Origin: Oculina patagonica
Lineage: Eukaryota
DNA: 64,000 bases
NCBI RefSeq assembly: GCF_052425735.1
Contig: NC_135763.1
Coordinates: forward strand, 23,188,001-23,252,000
Direction: 5' to 3'
The position numbers were made by a program, and so were the translations under genes. This document shows positions 12,201 through 22,400 of the stretch, one piece after another (within the stretch, counting starts at the first letter, position 1; every line of letters begins with the position of its first letter). The notes below the pieces were generated by a model. The model worked only from the letters and a program-made list of their open reading frames with translations, did no database searches and was not told the DNA's origin.

Positions 12201-15200
12201 GGAAAAAGAACGCCTGATACATTTATTTAACCAGCCACCAACCGCCCCCTAATTTAAATTAAATAAACTAAAGTGTCGTCGAGCTGTCAAACCACTCTTG
12301 TAGTTGGCGGCAAATTGAGACTCGGAATTCTACCAGGCGTGAAAAATGTCTGCATAAAACTTCGCCGTGCTGACATAAAAATGCTTTTAGTAGCAGGGTG
12401 AGATGACGCTTGCGAACATGTATTTATCAGCTGTAGATGCCGTCCCTTTATTTCAGCTCACAAAAAAAAAACAAGTAATTCACCTACAAGAGCTGTTTCA
12501 CGACAGATAGGATCATGTCGCGTTTGTAAACATTCCAACACCTCAGGAATATCGGGAGTAAATTAAACTTTCCCGAAACGCATTGGAAGAACTGCCAAAA
12601 CATTTTATCGAAACCAAATTACGCATCGTCGCACAGTCTATCTGTTCTGCCTTCAGACAATTACACTTGAAATATGTCAGGGCTTTAGCTAACGTAGAAG
12701 AGAACTCGTCCTCGCAGTAAACACGCCGCTTCTAAGCTTCTGACCGGAAGTCTCGTTAAAGTACGACAGCCAATCAGTCCACACCACTTCATTGAGTATT
12801 GTTTCTCGACCAATCAGAAGAAAAACCAGAATCCGGTTTTTTTTACATGACTTTCGATAAGCAAATGTATCATGCCCTCCTTCCCCCGCTCAGCAGTAAG
12901 GAGGGAGGGCATGATTTCAGGTTATAGCTTAACCAGCTATAAGGTGATGGACTCTCACCTCCCACTCTCAGTTGTACGGAGACCATGTCTTCGTTAAAGG
13001 TGTTTTTACCAGTACATGTGTATGTCCCTCCATGGATCGTCTGGGTGTGCTCAATGGTCAGTACACCGTTGTTACTCTCGGCCCCATCAGGAAGCGCACC
13101 ATACATGCCACGTGTCCACTTGAGCTTGTAATCAGTGACACTCTTAGCTCTGCACGTGAACTGAGCTGTTTGGTTCAAAGAAACGTGAAGGACTTTTGGT
13201 GACACTGACACGCTGATGGGATCCACGCGCCGAGCTAATTCATAACACAAAAGACGATATGATTAAAACACCCGTACCCAAATTACAACAGAAAGACGAG
13301 GCGAAAGCCAAAAGTTTCAAGTATATAATTATGACAATAAAAAGGTCAAAAATGGAATAAATCTCACGTGAATCTATCGACAGTTGCGGAGGAGATAGAA
13401 AACAAACGCCATTACAAGTTGAGGTCCAACAACGGTTACTACCCCGAGATAAAGAGAACGTTGTTTTGAAAATCACGATAACAAACTTGCTAAGATTACT
13501 ACAAAATCTGAATTATCATCATACCATATCATCACGTCGTTTTTTCCTAAAGAAAGAACGTTCAAGCGCAGAAACCTAATCGCGTAATTCTCGATGTTTT
13601 GAAATATCTTCTTTTGTCTTTTGCCCCGTGCGGTGTCACGTCCCAGCTTCGACGAGCTGGACTAAGGCCAAGTAAACTCAATAGACCAAACACAGGAACG
13701 TTTCCTTTTCCTATAGAAGTTTTATTTCAAGCACGCGCTATTATAGGCTGAAGTTGGAAATGGCGGAGTTTTTAAACTAATCTATTATCTCAGGTATCAC
13801 TGTTTCGGATAAATGAGATTACCGTTGAAAACTCTTCGCGTTTCTTACCTTTAACATTCAGTTGCGAGGTAGCCGTTTCAAACCCGTACACATTTCTAGC
13901 AGTACACACATAAGCTCCTTCATCTTCTTTCCTGACTCTCCTAATCAGCAAGACCTTCCCAGACACAACCACCCTACTGGATAACGGCTTTCCATTCTGT
14001 CGGGACCACGTAATTCTTGGTCGTTGTTTTCCGCCAGCAAAACAGTAGAATATGGCATCTTCTCCTTCCGTCTTTGTTCTTTTCCTGGGCCTGACTATTA
14101 CAGTTGGCATGAATCCCGCTAGAAACAGAGGAAATTACAGAATAAACTTTTAGTCTGAGCGATGTCGGTCTCAATATGGGCAAAGACGTTTGGAATAAAA
14201 TTTTAAACGAAAAAACATTGTCAAGAATGAAGATACCCCCGGTGGGAAACTATGATGTAAACATCCCTCCTAGTGCAACTCTTTTCGGCTTGTTCGCTCT
14301 TGCTACGTCTATCACGAACAGGAACCCTTATCACCTTTCACCCGTGCATAAACCAGTCTACGGACAAATGCTAGTTTTGATTAATCTTCATAAAAACACT
14401 TAAAAATTTTCCGATACTTATTGCCCAGTCACAGATAGTACGAGCAACTCCGAGGACTGTGTTTGTCAGCTAGGGAAGATGTCACGTTACCAAGCAGTAT
14501 CGCAGCCCAGCCGTAGACAGCACGATCACTTAATGGAACTCTCAGTGATATCTTACCTGGTAGTTTGACACACTTTTGACCCGGTTTGGTAGGATCGCCA
14601 CTGTATCCCTTAGCACATCTGTAAACATGTAAAGCCGTTAAGGTTAAGCCCCAGTATAAAAGTATGAAAGGTCAATCAAATAAAGGAAAACCAATAAACT
14701 AACGAAGGTTAAAGTTATTCACCACATGAGCTGGAAAGGGAGTCATTCCCTTTCCCTTAACGTTACGTTTAATTGCTGAAATGGTAAGCCTTAAAATGTT
14801 CAAAATAAATTTAACAAGTTATTTGAAAAAGAAAGCATCGCACGGCAACTGACATGGGTTTATCAACGTGTCCTTCTTGCGATTGTGGATTACTGTATAA
14901 CTAAAGGTTAACACCACCCGCTTTGTTAGCTATTTATCAAGTCAGCTCAAACTGGGAGTTCGGTTCTAAAACCCCCGTGATTGGGTGTTAAAAGAGTATG
15001 TAGAGAACTTGTGTCCATGACAAAGGAAGGTTTTCGTTACCTGTTACAGGTCCTACCAGTGTAACCAGTTTGACAGGCAGTGCAAGTCGGTTGACCGTCT
15101 GAATCAATCTTACAGACCCGGCTGAACCTGTTTATTATATACGGAAAGTCAACGTTATTAAAGGAAACAGCCAACAATACCTATTTTATAAACGGATTTA

Positions 15201-17811
15201 CTGTGTCACTCACTGGTTCGAAGCAGTAGTCAAAGGGCATGGGCATGGTTCACAATCTTTGGGCGTTCCTTTCGTGGCGTCACCATAGAAACCAACTGCA
15301 CATCTTTCACAGTGGAAGCCTGTGGTGTTGTGATCGCATCTCTGGAAAAAATGCCATTAAGATGTTAAATTAATTTTACATTTTCTGTAGGAAGAAATTG
15401 ATCCAGGAGAGAGAATAACCTCCAATAAGTTCTCTCATGAGAGGACATACTCTCTATGCGGGGAGGGTACGGCAGTGTAAGGCTGGACAAGGTCGGGCGT
15501 TGACTTGAATTTTTTCCTCTTTTTTTTTCGACTAGGTAAACTTTTTATGTTTAATTATTGGTAAGAGGAAAGCTTCACGTGGCATATATGGACATATCAT
15601 CGGTCACACATTTCCTGCCGGGTTGCAATGAGCTATCAGTTTAAATATTTATGATGTCTCGTATGGGTCCCGGCGGCACATACCCACATAGAACAATACA
15701 TATACTTACCCTACATTGTCCTCTTTCCGGATCACATTCCTTTGAATGTTGATTACAGGAACATGGCACACAGGGAGAGAAATCCGGGCCTTGGGACGAG
15801 CGTGTGTATCCAAGGCCACAGCGCTGAAATGTAGAACAGACAAAGAAACTGGCGTGCGCTCATCAAGTCATGGATGTGCACAGGAAAGGCACGACAAAGG
15901 CGTGAGGTGCTGCCAAGAAGGTTTGCCTAGCTTCTCATGTTCATTCTTAACTCGTTAAGTATGGAGGAGTTTGTTTTTATGCTACACATAGGCGCAAAGA
16001 AATACAGAAAAGCGAAATCTATTCGGGCTTTTAAAATCTCGTTGTTTGATATGCGTAAGCGCGGTGAACGACTAAGATAAAGATATTGGATTTAACAAGG
16101 GGTGAGAAAATGCCATAGATCCAAACATTCATTTCTGGTCTGTTTACAATGTAAAAGTGTTCAAGCATAAATAGTTTAACAGTGGCAAAACAAATTAAAT
16201 TAAGTTCTTGCTTATAACTGGATTAACCTTTCCTGTGGTCCCTGCAAAAAGTTCACACGTGCACGACATTGAAAAAGGGAATGAAAAAAGCATTACATAT
16301 CGTTATATTGTGTTTCATGAACAGACGAGAGGAGAAAACACTGAGATTGACACGAAAAGTGATCCACCGGAAACATTTTCTATGTGAGCCTGCAAGCTTA
16401 CCTGACAAGACGTTCCAGAGTATTCTGGTGGGCATGCGCACTGTTCGATGTTTTTGGCTTTTCCGAACCTTGTTTCTTGAGGGATAGCGGTTTCCAAATT
16501 GACACTATAAAGGCTGGTGAACAAAAACAATTGCTTAATGTAATAAAATTATTGTCTAATACAAGATTTCACATTGTTCATTTGCATTTCTAATTAATGA
16601 AAAGGAATAACGTACTCTGATCTTCATTCTGCCATTTCGGATTTTATAAGGTTTTTAAGAGTCCTTTCCTTACAATCTTACAATCTGATAATAGAAGCAA
16701 CCCTGTGACATCATATCGGCTAAAATGGTGGCCTACAGAAAATTCATACCCGAAATCGTTAGTATTTGTTTCCAATTGCGTTTTCAGTGCATCTCAACAG
16801 GTTTTCAGTTTAGACATTGAATATTTCTAACAATGTAACAGCTATTTGTTCCAACGGTGGTAGCTTAATATTGGAAGCTTGCAAAAGCCCCCGATGTTTG
16901 TTCAATGTGAATTCTCACTTTTCGACGTTATAATCTTTTAATCAAAACTTACAGAAAGTTTAGTAGTCGATCATTGCTTGGGGTTAACAGCAATGTTAAC
17001 ATGCCAAGCTTACTGTAACAGCAAGCTTGTTACAAGAACCCTAACCTGGCCTTTGTTGTGGTGGTACTGTACGTCGCACGGACTAAGATGCTTTCCACAG
17101 AAGACAAGACTGTCATCACAATATCTCTTGTTACACGAACACCGTCCGGGTACCTTAACCAGCCCTAATAAGGTTAAATCAGTTTGAGAGGCAACACAGG
17201 TTATACAGGAAAAAAAACATACAACTCATTATAATTATCTTAGACGTTAAGACATGGTTAATAGTTTCACAATAATAAAGTCGACAAGGACTTTTCTGTT
17301 CTTGAATGGCATTTCAATACTGAGTTGTTCATGCTATTATATTATTTGTTCGTTCACTGTACTTACCTCGGACAGTTTGAGGCCGTATGTCTTTTTCTGT
17401 CCTCCCTCGAGGGGCCTTCTATGACGAAAAGTAAGAACAATTCCTCTTCCCTGAAAGGTCAAAAAACCAACACTTTGAGAAACAGTGGGATAGTCACTTT
17501 CACTGACCAGAAAAGATTTGGCAAACTAAAACAAATTTTTGGGGAGAAACCATCAGTATTATCTTCGGAAGAATCCATTTTAATCACGTGGTCAAAGTGT
17601 CAGACTGTGTATGCCCGATATAGCACGCCTTAGTTGGTTGAATTTTATAAAAGATGTAAGCTTGAAGTTTAGCTGCTGCTATGCCGGGTGCTACGGTAGA
17701 TTAAGCCACTCGACCTACCCTCAGTTGTACGTCTGTATCAGTGGTTAGTTCGCCGTCTGGCTTCATCTCGTGTGACACCGTGTAACGCAAAATCCCGTCA
17801 TAGCTTGTCAT
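1..17811 (-). CDS. HSPG2: Second, 5'-truncated copy of the perlecan-like gene (from mid-LamB3 to LamG2); probably the alternate haplotype
   Basis: Exons 17811-17719, 17450-17367, 17164-17046, 16513-16402, 15823-15710, 15341-15214, 15127-15041, 14618-14557, 14118-13849, 13234-12959, 12096-11824, 11358-11086, 10638-10369, 9879-9613, 8710-8441, 7763-7488, 6910-6656, 5944-5684, 4863-4597, 3594-3334, 3163-2962, 2254-1962, 1501-1238, 762-<1. Frames and splice sites appear intact; near-identical to 22384-40739. Confidence 0.85.
1686..1768. repeat. Short hairpin (MITE-like) element; duplicate at about 24513-24595
   Basis: 20-bp perfect inverted repeat gacgcatttgcggctgtcgc (1701-1720) / gcgacagccgcaaatgcgtc (1740-1759). 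Begins TAGCCTG. A related degenerate hairpin lies at 1044-1117. Confidence 0.6.
4004..4077 (-). pseudogene. tRNA-like sequence (anticodon GGT), inverted partner copy
   Basis: Reverse complement of 4290-4363 with about 1 mismatch. Confidence 0.65.
4290..4363 (+). pseudogene. tRNA-like sequence (anticodon GGT, Thr-like) within a repeat element
   Basis: A box TAGCTCAGTTGG, B box GGTTCGAATCC, loop CCGGTAT. An extra base and mismatches in the stems argue against a functional tRNA. Confidence 0.65.
5053..5317 (+). mobile_element. Second tRNA-related (SINE-like) element with an internal tRNA-like unit at 5140-5217
   Basis: 14-bp TSD caagaataaaagtg (5039-5052, 5318-5331). A box TAGCTCAGTTG, B box GGTTCGATTCC, anticodon loop CCGGTAT. 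Confidence 0.78.
6266..6630. mobile_element. Kolobok-like MITE; duplicate at 29095-29459
   Basis: TIR gggactgtgtcacgg / ccgcgacacagtccct, flanked by TTAA on both sides, purine-purine start. Confidence 0.7.
8003..8186. mobile_element. Degenerate Tc1/mariner (pogo-like) MITE; duplicate at about 30831-31015
   Basis: Inverted ends agtggaatcctgattt / aaatcaggatccactg followed by TA. Confidence 0.55.
8239..8427. mobile_element. Small TA-flanked MITE; duplicate at about 31068-31256
   Basis: 13-bp TIR taccttattatag / ctataataaggta, TA on both sides, internal ttaacgcg repeats. Confidence 0.65.
9036..9220. mobile_element. MITE, possibly PIF/Harbinger type; duplicate at 31961-32145
   Basis: 17-bp perfect TIR gcgcgttcgtttgggat / atcccaaacgaacgcgc, internal attccggaata repeats, TAA/TTA-like flanks. 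Confidence 0.65.
9240..9430 (+). mobile_element. Degenerate SINE 3' fragment; duplicate at about 32165-32355
   Basis: ggggagtagtaata...catgttatggaaaccgggataagctccgg resembles the 3' region of an anthozoan SINE. Recognised from memory, not searched. Confidence 0.4.
10015..10320 (+). mobile_element. 5'-truncated SINE with Nin-like central motif and L2-like tail; duplicate at about 32940-33245
   Basis: gacgttaaagaaccc motif, 3' stem-loop agcgcattt...aaatgcgct, then (accatt)n tail repeats. Confidence 0.55.
12156..12924. mobile_element. Non-autonomous DNA transposon with 9-bp TSD (AcademH- or Mutator-like); duplicate at 35081-35850
   Basis: Perfect TSD tagcttaac (12147-12155, 12925-12933). Termini TAACCTG...CAGGTTA with a different hairpin just inside each end. 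Confidence 0.75.
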
Positions 17812-18132
17812 CTGTAAAAAAGTGAATGAATGAAAATGAATGTATACGCGCTTGAGATCATTTTTCATACAGATCCAAAGAGGATAGTTGTATAAACTGG
17901 TAAATGAACGTCGATTACATACGTCGCTGTGATTACCAATAACGACTTTCTTCTAACAATATCGACACATTGTCAGGCAGAAAATTAAACAATATTTGAA
18001 GGATTTGCTTGCCATGTATCACCACATTATCCAACGGGAATGGCGCTGGCGATTAATAAGGAAATTAATGAATCTGCAGTCCGTGTTACAATTAGTTGAG
18101 ACACTTCAATCCACTTGAGCACAGAATTCATG

Positions 18133-18632
18133 NNNNNNNNNNNNNNNNNNNNNNNNNNNNNNNNNNNNNNNNNNNNNNNNNNNNNNNNNNNNNNNNNNNN
18201 NNNNNNNNNNNNNNNNNNNNNNNNNNNNNNNNNNNNNNNNNNNNNNNNNNNNNNNNNNNNNNNNNNNNNNNNNNNNNNNNNNNNNNNNNNNNNNNNNNNN
18301 NNNNNNNNNNNNNNNNNNNNNNNNNNNNNNNNNNNNNNNNNNNNNNNNNNNNNNNNNNNNNNNNNNNNNNNNNNNNNNNNNNNNNNNNNNNNNNNNNNNN
18401 NNNNNNNNNNNNNNNNNNNNNNNNNNNNNNNNNNNNNNNNNNNNNNNNNNNNNNNNNNNNNNNNNNNNNNNNNNNNNNNNNNNNNNNNNNNNNNNNNNNN
18501 NNNNNNNNNNNNNNNNNNNNNNNNNNNNNNNNNNNNNNNNNNNNNNNNNNNNNNNNNNNNNNNNNNNNNNNNNNNNNNNNNNNNNNNNNNNNNNNNNNNN
18601 NNNNNNNNNNNNNNNNNNNNNNNNNNNNNNNN
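18133..18632. other. Assembly/scaffold gap (500 N)
   Basis: Run of exactly 500 N. Confidence 1.
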
Positions 18633-18853
18633 TATGTAACAATATCGCTTAACACAGCGTCGCCCCTGATTTGTTAAGGACAATGAGGTCTCCAGATATA
18701 CTGTTTATCCAAATGCAGCAAAGCAGAAGCAGGACTAATATAATCTAGTTTTACAAGTTGCCAATAATAATTGTCAATATTTTTTCTATGCCCTTTGGTT
18801 TTTACTTTGACTTATCTTAAACTGCAACTAAAAAAATCGTCCGATGAAATCAA

Positions 18854-18859
18854 TTTATT
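18854..18859 (-). promoter_or_regulatory. Candidate polyadenylation signal (AATAAA) of the perlecan-like gene
   Basis: tttatt on the + strand, about 570 bp downstream of the stop codon. Motif only. Confidence 0.3.
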
Positions 18860-19432
18860 AATTCCAGATTGACGTTAATCGACCTTCGAACAACCGCGGT
18901 CGAGGATCAACTTACTCGTCTGTGGTACTTTACTAACTTTTTCGACTCTATATTCTACGCCGAGATATTTCAGTCTGACGGTCTAGCGCCAAATCGAACG
19001 AGCAGTTTGTATCAAAATATTTGTTCTCCTTCGTTAAAATAGCAGGTTTTCGGCACATATGTAACATTATAATTATAACTTGATAGAAGCTGAAGTCACA
19101 ACTTTCCGTAACCTTTCGTGTGCTTGCGTTATGCCTACTGGGGAAACCGAATCGGAAACACATCGGAAACTTTTCAAGTTCTCTTCGGGTGCGCAGCCAG
19201 CAAATGCAAGATTGTTTTCATTTGAGTAACCAGTTGGAGACGTTGACGTCGCTGCAGTGATTTTTTGATATTTAGACTTGTTACTGTAACTTGTAAGTGA
19301 ATTGTACATAGACTGTCAAAACGCGTCGCTTATTGCACTTGCGGTTCAATTCGCTGCCCTCTTCAAAGCATTGATTCCTCCAAACACCAGTAAACAAACA
19401 CTAATCAGTTAGTGTGTTTTCTTAATATCATG

Positions 19433-22400
19433 TTATGTTTCTGCAATCTGGCTGTCACATGGAAGAACGTTCCAGCCGAGACTCGCGTCAGCTTGAAGGT
19501 TAATTTTCCTGGTCTTGAAGTAAACTCTTCTTACACAACCGGTATAACCAGTATCAAACTTGTTGTTAGTCATTTCCACAATGTTGTCACCTCCTCCTGT
19601 CAATAAAGAGGTCGAAATAAACTATTAAGACATTTCAGTCCTTACAGTTGTTTCTGTGAGAAAAGGGCGCTTTCTAGCAAAACTATGTGAAACACCCTTA
19701 GATTTCGAATCGCGCCTTCTATCATCGTGCGTCATCAATAGGAAAGTACGTCTTAATCTAGGCATTCCAACAGGAGAACGTTGCTTTTGTTTTCGCGATT
19801 ACTTTTATGAAGAAGAGGGTGTTACGCTGTACAAGGAATTTTTTTCAAATATGGAAATTTAAATTCCATTTAGTATAGATTTATTTTTGGCAACAATAAC
19901 AACAAACATTTTTAACTCTGCGTTATTTAAGCAATTCAACTTCCTTTTCCATTGCACCAGCTTTCGTAAACTGACGAAGAAATACAGGTAGATGGCGTTG
20001 CACGTTAAAGAAAAACTCGTGAACAACACTTTTCTTTGGTCACCTATAAATATTGATCCTTGTATGTTCAACCCACTGCTTCCTTCAGCAGACGTGCCAT
20101 TAACGGGCTCCTCGTCGTCCACTTTAAGGGAGCCTTCCTTGTAACTCCTAATAATCGGAAGAGAAAGAGAAAATAACAGACTGTTTACAACTACCTCAAC
20201 ATCAGGATTGCGGCTTCTTATTTGCCATGATAAGTGGGTACGCAAGGTTTCTCACCTGAACACCTCGACAGTATGCCACTGACCGTCGTTGACTGGTAAC
20301 GAGGAAAGAAGAACAGCTGGGCCAGAGCCGAGCTCAAATCTGAATAGCAAAATGAAGCATCAGTGTCTGCATGTACATAAAGCAGAAAGCATTTTACATT
20401 CTTACAAAATCAACATGTTTTGCAGGATATAAAGAACAAATAAAACTATTCCGTTACATGTGCCAAATAAAAGGCAGAGAACAACAGCCAACTAACTGAC
20501 CTGAACTCTAGGTATCCTTCTCTTAAACCAATTGCAAAGTGGTCTCCTCTCTACAAAGAAAGTAGAAAACCGAACGTGTTTATGTCTTTCTTCGAGGCAA
20601 TGGGTAGCTGTTATCTCATGTTCGGCTGTTCGAGGCTGTGAATTCTTCTTCAGCTAAGCTCGATATCAGGTGCATCCGCTTACGTAATATTCCAATCAAG
20701 GGACGTTTAATTTCTTTAGTTTAACATGCTAAATAATTATTGGACGCGTTTGTAACATACCAACAAACAGTTTTTTGCTCATCGTTTACTGCTTTTGACA
20801 TTGACACAGGGGCGTAGCTAGGATTTCTCAAAGAGGGGGTCACACTTACTATGTTAAGCCCAGGGTACATAACATATTGGCACGTCGACATCCAGGTTGT
20901 GTTCTCAAAAGTGAAATTTTTGTATGAGCAGTCAGAGCCAGGGTTGAAATGTTTAGCTGGAGGCCCAGAGTGGGAAGGCGCATGAGAGATGAATGCACGA
21001 TGAAAGGTTGGCATTAATTTAAATAGTTTCTGTCCAGTCCAAGTGAGGTTAACTCTATCTTTGATTAACAAATGCAACACTTTTAAAAATAATTATTTTG
21101 TGAATGAACTACTGGGTGTTTCATATTAAACAGCCGGACGGCAACAAGCGCGAAACCAAACCCCTGGGCAGTGAGCATGGGGGAGGGACAAACCTGCAAA
21201 ATAGCTGCATAAGTTGGGTATCTAGCAATACATGGATGCCATGTTTGATCTTAAGATTTGCGTGTTTTCGCCAATGTTTATATATTTTATCCAAAAAAAT
21301 CCCACAAAGGGCGGGGGGGGGGGGGGGGGGAGGAACCTGCCTTCCCTACGCCCCTGATGTGCCCCACAAAACCTCACTTATGTCCAAGATTGAACGCAAG
21401 TATTGTTTAATAAGTACTTCATGTTTGATTGTGTTGTTTGACATTTCCATATTACTTCATATTCGACAGATTCTGGTGTGTTTGGGTGAACTTTTATTAA
21501 TGAGGACACTTTGTGATGCCTGTCATGAGGAACGTACATCTCATTAGCGTTCAATCCTGGACATATCTGATATAAGCATAGCTCACCTGGCCCTGCCATA
21601 AAATTACTCCATTCTGTGCCTCGGTTTTTATTTCAAGTGACATATAATCTGGTTTCACTACCCTGAAATCATGCGGAAAACATCATTTAGGATTTGATTT
21701 AAATTCCCTGAACTACCCTAGTAAGGCCGGAACGGTTTCCATCTGATTTAGAGCACATTACACTAAATTAATCAGGATATGAAAACTGAAGTAAACACAC
21801 AATTAATCTGAAAAGACAATGGAAAGGGCAGTGTTGTCATACCTCGGTCCTCGCATCAGTGGGCCCGGGAACTGTAAGTAACCATCTCCACTGAAGGAAG
21901 CGCTCTCTCCAAGTTGAACGACTACGACGAAAGTAAAGTATTCATTAGGTAACACAAGAGCTAATTTGATAAATTAATGCTTGGAAACATGGGCGCCTTG
22001 GAAACATCAGTCCACTTTGCGGAGACGCGAGATTCAAACTTGACCAGTACAGTATATATTTCAGTCTCATTTAGTCATATTTTATGGACATTATTTGACA
22101 TCAAATTCTCAAACAAAGGATACATGCATTTCAAACTATTATTAGTGGCAGCTACAACTCCCCTCAGCATAATTAACGTCTGTTCTATACCATTTCTTCA
22201 AGGCAACATTATTCGCGTAGCCTCAATTACCCGACCAGAAGCCCAACATTGATAAGACGTAATCTCGAGATTGCTACGTAACCTTTCTGAGTTTCTTGTA
22301 ATGAATCGACGAAAGAAAAAAAAGTAACCTTCTAAAGAACACCCCGCTATTGTCGGAATACTTACAACTCTCGCAGCGCTCTCCTCCGTAGCCTAATGGG

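Larger units (their letters stand above)
1..18132 (+). repeat. Direct duplicate of 22384-41060 (offset 22383 rising to 22928)
   Basis: Matching ORF pairs along the whole length (e.g. 153/22536, 9545/32470, 17325/40253). The copy ends exactly at the N gap. Confidence 0.97.

Noticed and set aside
18027-18683. Five long ORFs spanning the N run
   Set aside because: Artefacts of translating Ns.
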